Shown in pieces: positions 28,913-39,541 of a stretch of DNA of 64,000 bases. Both the position numbers and the translations under genes were made by a program. Where the stretch lies: the NCBI GenBank assembly GCA_029775855.1, contig JARVJZ010000006.1:96001-160000 (forward strand), given 5' to 3'. The notes below the pieces were generated by a model. The model did no database searches, was not told the origin of the DNA, and saw nothing but the letters and a program-made list of their open reading frames with translations. The number at the start of each line of letters is the position of its first letter. Positions within the stretch are counted from its first letter, which is position 1. The DNA is from Nitrososphaeria archaeon. GTDB lineage: Archaea; Thermoproteota; Nitrososphaeria; Nitrososphaerales; JAAOZN01.

Positions 28913-31444
28913 ATGGTTTCTAATGATTCTGATGTAAAGATATGCTATGTTAGCGGCGGGTTATGTGGTCATTCACGCTCCGGACCTCCTATGGAGGTTC
29001 ATGTTAAGGATGGTAAGATCATTAGGGTGCTGCCCTTCCGAGTACCGGATGAAGTTAGACTCTATAAGATCAAGACGAGCAAAGGCGAGTTCACAAGACC
29101 CAGGAGAACTGTGCCAGCAGCATTTATGCTCGCTCACAAAAAGAGAGTGGATTCGCCGAATAGATTAAAGTATCCTTTGAAGAGAGTGGATTGGAGCCCT
29201 GAAAATAGGAACCCTCAGAATAGGGGTAAGAGTGGATATGTTAGGATAAGCTGGGATGAAGCTATAGAAATAATCGTTAACGAGATCAAAAGGATAAAGG
29301 AGGTTTACGGCACAACCGAAGCGGTTTTGGTGCAAGCTGATGGGCATGGTCAATCAGGGCTGCTGCACACATTCCATTGTTACGGCCACTATCTATTCGA
29401 CAAGCTAGGAGGCTACACCTCACAAGTGAGGAACCCAGACAGCTGGGAAGGCTACTACTGGGGCGCAAAGCATGTATGGGGCTTCGATGCTCAAGTAGGT
29501 GAGCCGATTCAAGACGCGATCTTTGATGACATCTTAGAGAATTGTGAGATGCTGATATTCAGCGGCTGCGACCCTGAAACTACGCCAGCAGGCTTCGCTG
29601 GGCAGATAGGCACAATAATGTGCAGATGGATAAAACAGGCTGGAATAAAGATCGTTGGTATATCGCCTGACTTAAATTACGCTGAAGCCGTGCACGCTGA
29701 TAAATGGATACCCATTAAACCCAACACAGACGCAGCCTTATACTTGGCGATAGCATACACTTGGATCAAAGAGGACACATACGACAAGAAGTTTGTGCAG
29801 ACACACTGCATCGGCTTCGAAGAATTCAAGAAGTATGTTTTAGGTGAAGAAGATGGTGTTCCAAAGACACCAGAGTGGGCTGAGAGAATCTGTGGAGTGC
29901 CTGTTGAGACGATAAAGGCGCTTGCAAGAGCTTGGGCTAAGAAGAGAACATCCCTAGCAGTATTCTTCGGAGGACCTAAGATAAGGGGGCCTTATTGTAG
30001 TGAGGTTGCGAGGATAGAAGCGATAGTCTTATCTATGCAAGGACTTGGTAAGCCGGGTAGGCAATTCTTTAGATTTTGGTATAGGCTTGGCTTAGGCTGT
30101 AAGAAGCTTTCGCCTATACCTAGATATCCTGAGGTGGATGCTGAGGGGACTCCTCCGAACTTTGCTGAACCTTATGTATATATGCCTCCAACCAGCAGAT
30201 CTTTCGTTATTAAAACGCTGGTGCCAGAAGCTATTCTTAATCCTCCTGTTAGTTGGTATTGTGCCGGCTCTATTATTTGCCCTCGTGAAGATCAGTTCAC
30301 CAAATACACCTTCCCACCTTCAAAAGATCATCCTGGTATACATATGATTTGGAACGAGAATGCTTGCTGGACTGCTTGCTGGAGCAACGGCTATAAGATG
30401 ATTGAGGCTTTAAGGAGCGAGAAGATAGATTTTGTAGTCGGTATACATCCCTGGTTGGAGAATGATCTGCTGTATGCTGACCTTATACTTCCAGCCCAGA
30501 CCATATTTGAGCATGATGACATAGTTCCAGTGAATCATACAGATATTGTAGGTTTGGTTTATCAAGATAAGTGCATAGAGCCTGTTGGTGAATCTAAGAG
30601 CGACTATGAGATACACCGCCTTATAGCTGAGAAACTTGGTATCGGCGATGCGTTTCCACCGCCTGAGGAGGCGTTAAAGAAAGCCTATGAGAAGACATTG
30701 GCAGCTAAGAAGATGAGTTGGGAGGAGTTCAAGAAGAAGAAGGTTGTGATCTACGACTGCCCAACTCCAGAGGAGTGGGAAGAAATTAAGAGGAAGTATA
30801 ATGTTAAGCCTGGGTTGACTTGGTTCTATGAAATGCCTGAGGGTAAGGGTTTGGAGACACCAACTGGGAAACTTGAATTCTACTCTACGGGTCTTGCCGA
30901 GCACTTTCCAGACGATAAAGAAAGACCACCTTTACCACGCTATTTGCCTCATGGTGAAGCACATCAAGAGAGCTTAAGTCATCTTAGGGCTGAGAAGTAC
31001 CCTCTGCTTCTTATGTCTAACCATCCAAGGTGGAGGCTTCACTCTCAAGGCGATGATATATCTTGGACAAGAGAGATACCTACCTGCAAAGTTAAAGGGT
31101 CTGATGGCTACCTCTATGAGCCTCTTTGGATTCACCCTATAGATGCTGAGAAAAGGGGTATAAAGAGCGGAGATGTAGTTATGATATTTAACGAGCGCGG
31201 CGTGGTTCTTGGAGGCGCATATGTGACTGAGAGGATAATGCCTGGCACGGTATACATGGATCACGGTGCTAACCATGATCCAATAGAAGATAAAGTAGAT
31301 AGAGGTGGATGCATAAATCTGATAGCGCCACCGCCTCACGAGAAGAGAATTGCGGGGATGGAGGTTAGGGTTCCAGAGATGTGCGCAAGCGGCTATTTGG
31401 TTGAAGTTCAAAAGTTGGATGAAGATTATCTGGTAGGTGAGTAA
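28913..31444 (+). CDS. Mo-bisPGD oxidoreductase, pyrogallol transhydroxylase alpha-like (DMSO reductase family)
   Basis: SPNRLKYPLKRVDW...RNPQNRGKSGYVRISWDEA, NPDSWEG (Ser ligand), HPRWRLHSQGD; no Tat leader. Confidence 0.85.
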   Translation: MVSNDSDVKICYVSGGLCGHSRSGPPMEVHVKDGKIIRVLPFRVPDEVRLYKIKTSKGEFTRPRRTVPAAFMLAHKKRVDSPNRLKYPLKRVDWSPENRNPQNRGKSGYVRISWDEAIEIIVNEIKRIKEVYGTTEAVLVQADGHGQSGLLHTFHCYGHYLFDKLGGYTSQVRNPDSWEGYYWGAKHVWGFDAQVGEPIQDAIFDDILENCEMLIFSGCDPETTPAGFAGQIGTIMCRWIKQAGIKIVGISPDLNYAEAVHADKWIPIKPNTDAALYLAIAYTWIKEDTYDKKFVQTHCIGFEEFKKYVLGEEDGVPKTPEWAERICGVPVETIKALARAWAKKRTSLAVFFGGPKIRGPYCSEVARIEAIVLSMQGLGKPGRQFFRFWYRLGLGCKKLSPIPRYPEVDAEGTPPNFAEPYVYMPPTSRSFVIKTLVPEAILNPPVSWYCAGSIICPREDQFTKYTFPPSKDHPGIHMIWNENACWTACWSNGYKMIEALRSEKIDFVVGIHPWLENDLLYADLILPAQTIFEHDDIVPVNHTDIVGLVYQDKCIEPVGESKSDYEIHRLIAEKLGIGDAFPPPEEALKKAYEKTLAAKKMSWEEFKKKKVVIYDCPTPEEWEEIKRKYNVKPGLTWFYEMPEGKGLETPTGKLEFYSTGLAEHFPDDKERPPLPRYLPHGEAHQESLSHLRAEKYPLLLMSNHPRWRLHSQGDDISWTREIPTCKVKGSDGYLYEPLWIHPIDAEKRGIKSGDVVMIFNERGVVLGGAYVTERIMPGTVYMDHGANHDPIEDKVDRGGCINLIAPPPHEKRIAGMEVRVPEMCASGYLVEVQKLDEDYLVGE

Positions 31445-32276
31445 GGTGGGTAAGGTTCTCATTATAGATGTTTCTGAATGCGTAGGATGCTACTGCTGCC
31501 AAATAGTATGTAAAGATGAACATGTTGGAAACGATTGGTCACCTTACGCTAAACCTCAACCCGACACTGGTCACTTCTGGCTTAAAGTAGATGAAATGGA
31601 GCGGGGTACCATACCTAAAGTTAAGGTCACATATACCCCGATCTTATGTATGCACTGCGACAACGCACCTTGCATACCAGCGTGTCCAGACAACGCCATA
31701 GTGAAGAGAGAGGACGGTATAGTGCTCATAAAACCGGAGAAGTGTAGTGGCTGCAAACTCTGCTTAGACGCTTGCCCATACGGTGTGATCTACTTTAACA
31801 GCGAATTGAACATCGCTCAAAAATGCACTCTCTGTGCACACCTCCTTGATAAAGGCTGGAGTGAGACAAGGTGTGTAGGCGCTTGCCAACGCGAAGCGCT
31901 TATATTAGGAGAGGAGGGTGACCCTAAGATCAAAAGTTTAATTGAGAAGAGTGAGGTGTTCCACCCAGAGTATGGAACTAAACCTAGGGTCTATTATCTT
32001 AACTTGCCCAAGCCGTTTATAGCTGGGACCATAGTAGATTCATCTATTAGGGAATGTGTTGAGGGAGCTACGGTGGTTGCCTTGGATCTAGTTGAGGGTG
32101 TGAGGCATCAAACGGTTTCAGACGAGTTCGGGGACTTCTGGCTTAGGGATTTAAAGTGGATGCACCGATACCTAATTGAGGTATCTAAGGAAGGCTATGC
32201 TTCAAAGAAGGTTTGCGTAGTCCATACTGCTAAGGATGTGAATCTAGGCACGATAACCCTAACTAAACTCATTTGA
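31437..32276 (+). CDS. Fe-S subunit, transhydroxylase beta-like, with C-terminal beta-sandwich domain
   Basis: CVGCYCCQIVCKDEHVGNDW, CMHCDNAPC, CSGCKLCLDACPYG, KCTLCAH; SDEFGDFW tail. Confidence 0.87.
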   Translation: MSKVGKVLIIDVSECVGCYCCQIVCKDEHVGNDWSPYAKPQPDTGHFWLKVDEMERGTIPKVKVTYTPILCMHCDNAPCIPACPDNAIVKREDGIVLIKPEKCSGCKLCLDACPYGVIYFNSELNIAQKCTLCAHLLDKGWSETRCVGACQREALILGEEGDPKIKSLIEKSEVFHPEYGTKPRVYYLNLPKPFIAGTIVDSSIRECVEGATVVALDLVEGVRHQTVSDEFGDFWLRDLKWMHRYLIEVSKEGYASKKVCVVHTAKDVNLGTITLTKLI

Positions 32277-33733
32277 CCATCTATAGTGGGATAGGTTTGT
32301 CTTTCCTATTTAGGAGAAAGACAGTAAGCACAGCTCTGAAGGTTTATCCGCCTAACTTTCAGGTGGAGTCTGGTAGGAGTGTGACATTAAAGGCTCATCT
32401 GAATCCTGAGAAGGCGCCTGTGGAGCGTGTTGAGTGGCGTTTAGAGGGTTTAGGTATACTTTCTGAATCAAAGGGTCCTTCCACTGTGTATACTGCGCCT
32501 AATGTAGAGCAGGAGACTAAAGTTAGGGTTGTAGCGTCTTTCCCTAAGATGAGTGAATACTTAGAGAGCTCATCTTATGCTGAGGGTGTGATCTTACCTT
32601 CTGGCTTGGCTGCTAAGTCTTCTACATTTCTTACAATATCTCCTATAAGTTTTTCGATAAATGCAGGTGAAAACATTGATTTAACAGCTGTTTTGACAGA
32701 CATGCAAGGAAATCTCTTAGGCAGTAAAGAGATCGTGTGGTTCATACAACCTCAACTAGGCAAATTAACACCAACATCAAACAACACAGCAGTATACACC
32801 GCACCTAAAGTAGATGTTGAAAACCAAATCTTAATCAAAGCAGTCTTTCAAGGCGATGAGCAGCACCTACCTTGTGAAGGTGTCTCAATAGGCTTAGTGA
32901 CGCCACCTACACTTAACGACGAATACATACTCAGCTTTAGTAGGGCAGAGGTATCAAACCTTAAGATCGATGGTGGAGCTGAGGTTGATGGTGTAAGGGT
33001 TGTTAGGATCAGTGTTGACTTGCTTGAAATATCTGATATGAGGATAAGTAGAGTGAATCTATCCTCGCAAAGCGGAGTTCTACAGAAGGTTGAGATATAC
33101 GCAACACGCCTCACAGCGCGCATACCAGATTCAGACAAGGGGTTAGATGTTAAAGGCGAAGATGATATACATCTTAACGCTTCTGAAGCCAGCTTAGATA
33201 ACGGTGTAATCTACTTTGTGAAGATGAGTTGTCTAAGTGGGGAATTAACTCAACCTGAAGTTTTAGGGCGGTATGCTGGTGGAGATGAGCCATACCTACC
33301 TATATTACTTACGACATCAAACATAACTATGGATAGGGGCTTTTCAGTTACAGGACCAGAGACATATGGCATGTTGGAGAATAAAGCTACTAAGATACTC
33401 TGCGGGAGAATCTCTGCATCAAACTTCTTCTTAAAATGCCCTAGCAGATACAGCTTAGATAGAGAGGGAAATAATCACGAGTTTGTTGAAAAGTGGGCTC
33501 TAAACGCTTCATCAGCAGCAATAGAGGATGCTGAGATATATGCAATATACTTCAAGGTAAGAGCCCTATTGGTATGGAGAGTTAAGGCTACTGGAGAAGA
33601 GTATATCCCAAGCATAATACCAGAAGGCCTCCACAGAGGAGAAAAAGCGCCGATAAACGAGGCGGATGTGGACATAATCTACCTCAAAGCCACTAAACTA
33701 AAGGTCAATAACGCATCATTCACTTTAAAGTAG
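32273..33733 (+). CDS. Hypothetical protein with two Ig-like repeats and a repeated beta-rich C-terminal region
   Basis: Repeats ..W...LG.L....T.VYTAP.V (x2); VEIYAT / AEIYAI repeat. Confidence 0.7.
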   Translation: MTIYSGIGLSFLFRRKTVSTALKVYPPNFQVESGRSVTLKAHLNPEKAPVERVEWRLEGLGILSESKGPSTVYTAPNVEQETKVRVVASFPKMSEYLESSSYAEGVILPSGLAAKSSTFLTISPISFSINAGENIDLTAVLTDMQGNLLGSKEIVWFIQPQLGKLTPTSNNTAVYTAPKVDVENQILIKAVFQGDEQHLPCEGVSIGLVTPPTLNDEYILSFSRAEVSNLKIDGGAEVDGVRVVRISVDLLEISDMRISRVNLSSQSGVLQKVEIYATRLTARIPDSDKGLDVKGEDDIHLNASEASLDNGVIYFVKMSCLSGELTQPEVLGRYAGGDEPYLPILLTTSNITMDRGFSVTGPETYGMLENKATKILCGRISASNFFLKCPSRYSLDREGNNHEFVEKWALNASSAAIEDAEIYAIYFKVRALLVWRVKATGEEYIPSIIPEGLHRGEKAPINEADVDIIYLKATKLKVNNASFTLK

Positions 33734-36068
33734 AGCGATTCTTCAACAACCAAAAGACCTTCTCAGGGGTTATAGGAAGACTGGTAACCCTAACCCCTAT
33801 AGCATCCTTAACACCATTACCTATAGCTGGCGCTATAGGCAGAACCCCTAGCTCGCCTACCGAGCGTGAGCCGAAAGGCCCAGGCCCTATGCCGCTCTCT
33901 AGAATTGTAGTTTCTATGTTAGGTGTCTCAGATATAGATGCTATTAGGTAATCCATAAAGGTGCCGTTGAAGATCTGCCCTTCTTCTATAACAAGTTCTT
34001 CAAAGAGAGATGTGCTGAAACCCATCCAAGCACCTCCCTTTAGCTGCCCCTCTACTAAAGCGGGGTTGACCGCTCTACCTACATCGGCTATAACTTTGAT
34101 GTTCAAGACCTTTATTGACCCACTTTCCGGGTCTACTGCTAAGTCTACTGCTGCGCAGATAGGCGTGTATTCTAGTGCTACTCTAGGCTTGGATGCTTGC
34201 CCTGTTTCTGGGTCTATCTCCGCTAAATCTTCGTAGAAGAAGCCTCTGCCTAGCAGTAGGCCTGTTTGCTCTATGTATGCTCCACCCATGGGTCCTGCTG
34301 TGAAGAGGGTTTCGAGGGGTATCTCTTCAGTTGTATTTTCTGACTCTACCTTCAACTTTCCGTTGCTGAATGATATTTTATCTTTTGGTTTAGAGAGGAT
34401 TTTGGAGGCTGCTTCGACTATCTGCCCCTTAAGATCTTTGACTGCTGCCAGCACGGCATTACCTAACTGGACGAGCTGCCTACTTCCGCTTGAGCCTGGT
34501 GATATAGGCGTTAGGAGGGTATCTGACGAGATCACCCTAACTTTGCTGAGTGGTATATTGAACTCTTTAGCAACGATCTGAGCAAGCCCAGTAAATGTCC
34601 CTTGACCTATGTCTGTAGCGCCGATGTAGAGGTCGATGGTTAGATCTTCGTTTAGGCGTATAAGTGCTACGCTTGGATAGGTTATGTCACATTGATGCTT
34701 CGCTATGGCTACACCCCGACCTACAACCCAACCGTCTATGGGGCTCTTTGGTTTTGGGTTTTCATCTAAGAGCTTCTTTAATGTGTTTATGCAAAGCCTC
34801 ATTGTATCGCTGTGTATCTTCTCTCCTATACAGCTCACATCGCTATCCTTTAAGATGTTTTTCAGCCTAAGTTCTAAGGGGTCTATGTTAAGCCTCTGAG
34901 CGATTTCGTTCATCTGAGACTCTATAGCCCAATATATTTGTGTTGAACCGAAGCCTCTGAACGCGCCTCCTTGAACCTGATTTGTGTAGACTCGATAGAT
35001 GTCTGCCTTAAAGTTAGGTATATTGTAGACTGAGCTTATGGCGTAGATTGCGTTTCTTACAACTACATTCCCAGCTACAGAGTATGCTCCGCCGTTATAT
35101 ACTATGCTCATTACTCTACCAATTATCCGCCCATCTTTAGTTACAGCATCACTTAACTTAATCTCTGCCTGGTGGCGTGTAGTTGTATACATTAGGTCTT
35201 CAAGCCTCGACAAAACGAGCTTAACAGGCCTACCCTGAGTCTTTAGGGCTAGGGCTGCTACTATCGGCTCATACACAGCTGCACCTCGATTACCAAAACC
35301 TCCACCAACATGCTTTGGCACTATGACTCTAATCTTCTGCTCCGGAATCTCTAAAGCGTCTGAAATCTCTTTTCTGGTTCTAAATGGTGTTTGCCCTGAG
35401 GTGTAGATTGTAAGGGAACCATCTGGCTCCTGTTTCGCTATAATAGATGTGGGTTCAAGTTGTGCGTGCTGCACCGCTTGCGTTGTATAAGTGTTAGTGA
35501 TGATAAAATCTGCTTGTTTGAATGCTTCTTCTACATCGCCAAACCTTATCTTTTGCAAAGCCGATACATTCGGTTTATTAGGTGTTAAAGCAACCCTATA
35601 CAGCTTTGACTTCAGCCGCTTGTAGCGCGATAGATCCTCATGCACAACTGTAGGAGGCTCTTCAAGTAAGGCCTCTTTGAAGTCAAAGAGAGGTGTAAGA
35701 GGTTCATACTCAACATCGACCAACTCACAAGCTGCAAAAGCTATGTCAAAAGACTCAGCAGCTACAGCTACTACAGGCTCTCCAATATACCTAACCTTAC
35801 CCCTTGCAAGTATAGGTGTGTCTAGTAGCCCTCTACCGTGCAGCCCCTTCGGCACATCTTCTGCAGTGATTACAGCAACTACGCCGCTAAGTGATGTGGC
35901 TCTACTTGTGTCCACCTTTTTTATGAGGGCGTGTGGTAATGGGCTCCTCTTTAAGCACGCATAGAGCATATAAGGTAGGGTGATGTCAGTTGTATACACT
36001 GCTTTACCAGTAACCTTCTCTAATCCATATAGATTGGGTGCGCGACTTAAATTGTTCATCTTAAACAT
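33720..36068 (-). CDS. Xanthine dehydrogenase-family molybdopterin large subunit (stand-alone)
   Basis: EKVTGKAVY..D, VGGGFG, AFRGFG, DIGQG, EGQLKGG, SVGE. Confidence 0.92.
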   Translation of the reverse strand: MFKMNNLSRAPNLYGLEKVTGKAVYTTDITLPYMLYACLKRSPLPHALIKKVDTSRATSLSGVVAVITAEDVPKGLHGRGLLDTPILARGKVRYIGEPVVAVAAESFDIAFAACELVDVEYEPLTPLFDFKEALLEEPPTVVHEDLSRYKRLKSKLYRVALTPNKPNVSALQKIRFGDVEEAFKQADFIITNTYTTQAVQHAQLEPTSIIAKQEPDGSLTIYTSGQTPFRTRKEISDALEIPEQKIRVIVPKHVGGGFGNRGAAVYEPIVAALALKTQGRPVKLVLSRLEDLMYTTTRHQAEIKLSDAVTKDGRIIGRVMSIVYNGGAYSVAGNVVVRNAIYAISSVYNIPNFKADIYRVYTNQVQGGAFRGFGSTQIYWAIESQMNEIAQRLNIDPLELRLKNILKDSDVSCIGEKIHSDTMRLCINTLKKLLDENPKPKSPIDGWVVGRGVAIAKHQCDITYPSVALIRLNEDLTIDLYIGATDIGQGTFTGLAQIVAKEFNIPLSKVRVISSDTLLTPISPGSSGSRQLVQLGNAVLAAVKDLKGQIVEAASKILSKPKDKISFSNGKLKVESENTTEEIPLETLFTAGPMGGAYIEQTGLLLGRGFFYEDLAEIDPETGQASKPRVALEYTPICAAVDLAVDPESGSIKVLNIKVIADVGRAVNPALVEGQLKGGAWMGFSTSLFEELVIEEGQIFNGTFMDYLIASISETPNIETTILESGIGPGPFGSRSVGELGVLPIAPAIGNGVKDAIGVRVTSLPITPEKVFWLLKNRSTLK

Positions 36069-36229
36069 GCTTCACCTATTTTGTGGGTTAACTTTTAATT
36101 ATACTTTAATAATAGCAACTAAATTAATTACTATTATCGTGTAAACGGTAGAAAGCTAGATGTAAAAGAATTATTAGCGCGTTTTAAAAATTGCAATTAA
36201 ATCCTTATATGAGGAATCGCAATAATAGA

Positions 36230-37939
36230 ATGTTAGAGTTGGAGGTTTATAGCCACGACATATTAATTATCGGCGCCGGTCTTGCGGGTCTCAGAGCAGC
36301 AATCGCAGCTGCAGAAGTAAGCAAAAACTTGGACATCGCGGTAATCTCAAAGGTGTATCCAATGAGGTCTCACTCAGTCTGCGCCCAAGGGGGCACAGCA
36401 GCGGTAATGAGAGAGGGCGATAGCCACGATCTACACGCTTATGATACCGTCAAAGGAAGTGACTTCTTAGCAGACCAAGATGTTGTAGAATTCTTTGTAA
36501 AAAGAGCAAGTGTAGAACTTGTGAAGCTGGAGCATTGGGGTATGCCTTGGAGCAGAACAGAAGATGGAAAGATAGCTCAAAGAGCGTTTGGTGGGCATAG
36601 CTTCAATAGAACATGTTATTCAGCAGATCTTGTGGGTTTTCAAGAAATGCACACGCTGTATGGGCGCGCCTTAGCATATGACAACATAGGCTTCTATGAC
36701 GAATGGTTCGTTACATCTCTGATAGCTGAAGAGGGACAAGCAAAGGGTGTAACAGCTATAGAACTCAAAACAGGAAGAATGAGCGCGTTCAGGGCGAAGG
36801 CGATAATAATGGCAACTGGAGGAGCCTGCAGAATATACCGTTTCACAACCTATTCACACACAGCCACAGGCGACGGTATGGCTATAGCCTATAGGGCTGG
36901 TGCACCTCTTGAAGATATGGAGTTCGTTCAATTCCATCCAACAGCGCTTGTGCCAAGCGGTGTATTAATAACTGAAGCAGCCCGTGGAGAAGGCGGCTAC
37001 CTCCTAAACAGCAAAAAAGAGCGTTTTATGGAAAAGTATGCAAAGGAGAAGATGGAACTGGCGCCACGCGACATAGTATCAAGGGCTGAAATGACCGAGA
37101 TAATGGAGGGAAGAGCATACACTGGACCAGATAGACCCTACATAGCCCTTGATCTAACACACTTAGGCGAGGAAAAGATAAACGAACGCCTCCCGTTTAT
37201 ACGCGAAGTAGCGCAGAGGTTAATAGGCGTAGACCCGGTTCATGAGCATATACCAGTAGCACCCGCTGCACACTACTCTATGGGCGGTATATCTGCGAAC
37301 ATAAGGACAGCAACGCCTTTGCCTCATCTATTTGCAGCTGGCGAATGTGCTTGCCTTAGCCTACACGGCGCCAACAGGTTGGGCTCTAACTCTACAGCGG
37401 AATGTCTGGTTTTTGGTGCTGTAGCTGGTGAAGAAGCAGCAAAACTTGCGCTTTCCTCAACGCTCCCAAGTCTACCTAGCGATAAGCTTAGAGAAGAAGA
37501 GAAGCGTGTCTTTGACCAAGTTTTGGGAAATGAAGGCGGTGAGAGGATCTCAGAGATTAGAAGACAAATGATGAATATTATGGATGATAAAGTATGGATC
37601 TTTAGAGACGAGCATGGATTAGCAGAAGCGGTTAAGGCGATAAGAGCCTTAAAGGAGAAGTTTAGAAGGGCTAAAGTTGAAGACACTTCAAGAGTGTTTA
37701 ATTTAGGTTTGGTAAACGCTCTTGAACTGGACTTTATGCTTGATTTAGCCGAGGTTACAGCCTTCTCAGCGTTAAACAGAAGAGAGTCAAGAGGGGCACA
37801 TTCAAGAATAGATTACCCCAAGCGTAATGATACGGATTGGCTTAAACACACCTTAGCCTACCACACACCAGACGGACCGAAATTAGAATATATGCCAGTA
37901 ACCATAACGAAGTGGAAACCTGTCGAAAGAAAGTATTGA
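36230..37939 (+). CDS. sdhA: Succinate dehydrogenase/fumarate reductase flavoprotein (start probably ATG 36230)
   Basis: [16 protein letters not shown] (covalent FAD His), [30 protein letters not shown]. Confidence 0.95.
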   Translation: MLELEVYSHDILIIGAGLAGLRAAIAAAEVSKNLDIAVISKVYPMRSHSVCAQGGTAAVMREGDSHDLHAYDTVKGSDFLADQDVVEFFVKRASVELVKLEHWGMPWSRTEDGKIAQRAFGGHSFNRTCYSADLVGFQEMHTLYGRALAYDNIGFYDEWFVTSLIAEEGQAKGVTAIELKTGRMSAFRAKAIIMATGGACRIYRFTTYSHTATGDGMAIAYRAGAPLEDMEFVQFHPTALVPSGVLITEAARGEGGYLLNSKKERFMEKYAKEKMELAPRDIVSRAEMTEIMEGRAYTGPDRPYIALDLTHLGEEKINERLPFIREVAQRLIGVDPVHEHIPVAPAAHYSMGGISANIRTATPLPHLFAAGECACLSLHGANRLGSNSTAECLVFGAVAGEEAAKLALSSTLPSLPSDKLREEEKRVFDQVLGNEGGERISEIRRQMMNIMDDKVWIFRDEHGLAEAVKAIRALKEKFRRAKVEDTSRVFNLGLVNALELDFMLDLAEVTAFSALNRRESRGAHSRIDYPKRNDTDWLKHTLAYHTPDGPKLEYMPVTITKWKPVERKY

Positions 37940-37953
37940 AGGAGGTTAAGCTT

Positions 37954-39459
37954 TTGGTGGAAGAGAAGATAATCACACTTAATGTGCAGCGATATCAACC
38001 AGAGAAAGGGCAGTTCACGACATCAACATATAGGATTCCTGTGAAAAAGGGAATGACACTACTCGACGCTCTACTATATGTGCGAGACAACATAGATGGG
38101 ACATTAACCATCAGACACTCTTGCAGAATGGGCATCTGCGGAAGCTGCTCAGTAATAGCTAATGGCAAACACCTTCTAGCTTGCTATACACAAGTCCTTG
38201 ACTTAGGTTCAGACACCATAACTGTTACTCCGATGCAGAACCTCCCCATGATAAGAGATCTAGTCCCAGACCTAAAACCATTCTTTGATAAGTATAAACC
38301 GATTCAACCCTACCTCATAAAACCAGATAAAGATATGCTTATGGAAGCAGAGTTCACACAGAAGCCTGAAGAACTCAAAAAGTATTGGAATACAACACTC
38401 TGTATAAAATGCGGACTCTGCTACTCCGCTTGCCCAGTCGTCAAATCTAACCCAGATTTCCCTGGGCCTGCTGCTACCACAACACTATACCGCTTCACAA
38501 TAGATAGTAGGGACAGCGGTGGAGAAGCTAGGCTTCAGCATACAGGTCCTTGGCTATGCTACTATTGTGGGGACTGCTCTATAAGCTGCCCTAAAGGAGT
38601 TGAACCCGCTGAGTCAATTATGTCTATGCGGCGGCATCTAATAACCAACTACGATTGGACGGGGATCTCACGCATGCTCTACAATTCAAAGAAAGCATCG
38701 ATAATATTCACATTAGGTTTAGCACTACTAACACTGCTCTTAGTCTGGTTCCTACACGGACCTATAATTACAGATAGAATTGAACTCACAACATTCGCAC
38801 CAATCGAAATTGTGCACAACGGCGGAATAATATACGGTTTGCTACTTGCTGCTCTACTACTTAGCAACCTCGGTAGAATGTATTGGTTCACTGTGAAGAA
38901 GAGAACTAACGGAAAGCATATACCATTAAGCACCTACTTCAAAGCGTTAAAACATGTGGTCTCAGAGTTTCTAGCACAAGCAGGCTACTCCAGATGCACA
39001 CCAAAACGCGCTTGGATCAACCACTTAATACTCATGTGGGGTTACACAAGCCTATTCATACTATTTGCAATTCTGCTGCCTTACACACTAGTTAATACTA
39101 TACTTCCCTTGAGCAACCCACTGCGTTTAGCAGGCTACTTTGGCTTCACAGCTTTAACATATGCTACCCTCTACGCCATCATAGGAAGAGTTAGAAAGAA
39201 GGAGGAGTTTAGGAAATACTCACACCACACAGATTGGATGTTCCTAATACTACTCTTACTCACATCCATAACAGGTATATTAATTCACATATTCATAGCG
39301 CTCAACTGGCCTCTTCCAACCTACATAATCTTCGCCATACACCTTGCTGTAGTCGTGCCGCTACTTGCTGAAGTGCCCTTCGGCAAATGGACTCACCTCG
39401 CCTACAGACCTTTCGCACTCTACTTTAATAGACTCAAAAGAGAAGCGGGCATCCAATAA
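37954..39459 (+). CDS. sdhB: SdhB/FrdB Fe-S subunit fused to a QmoC/NarI-like membrane domain
   Basis: SCRMGICGSC..LAC, CIKCGLCYSACP, CYYCGDCSISCP, then about 7 hydrophobic helices ending PFGKWTHLAYRP; SD GGAGG before TTG 37954. Confidence 0.85.
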   Translation: MVEEKIITLNVQRYQPEKGQFTTSTYRIPVKKGMTLLDALLYVRDNIDGTLTIRHSCRMGICGSCSVIANGKHLLACYTQVLDLGSDTITVTPMQNLPMIRDLVPDLKPFFDKYKPIQPYLIKPDKDMLMEAEFTQKPEELKKYWNTTLCIKCGLCYSACPVVKSNPDFPGPAATTTLYRFTIDSRDSGGEARLQHTGPWLCYYCGDCSISCPKGVEPAESIMSMRRHLITNYDWTGISRMLYNSKKASIIFTLGLALLTLLLVWFLHGPIITDRIELTTFAPIEIVHNGGIIYGLLLAALLLSNLGRMYWFTVKKRTNGKHIPLSTYFKALKHVVSEFLAQAGYSRCTPKRAWINHLILMWGYTSLFILFAILLPYTLVNTILPLSNPLRLAGYFGFTALTYATLYAIIGRVRKKEEFRKYSHHTDWMFLILLLLTSITGILIHIFIALNWPLPTYIIFAIHLAVVVPLLAEVPFGKWTHLAYRPFALYFNRLKREAGIQ

Positions 39460-39541
39460 CACCCTAAAGTCATTGAAGCGTAAAACTATGATGCTCAAAG
39501 TATTTTAATTCTTCTACCGATAATAAAGAGGTGAGAGAAGA

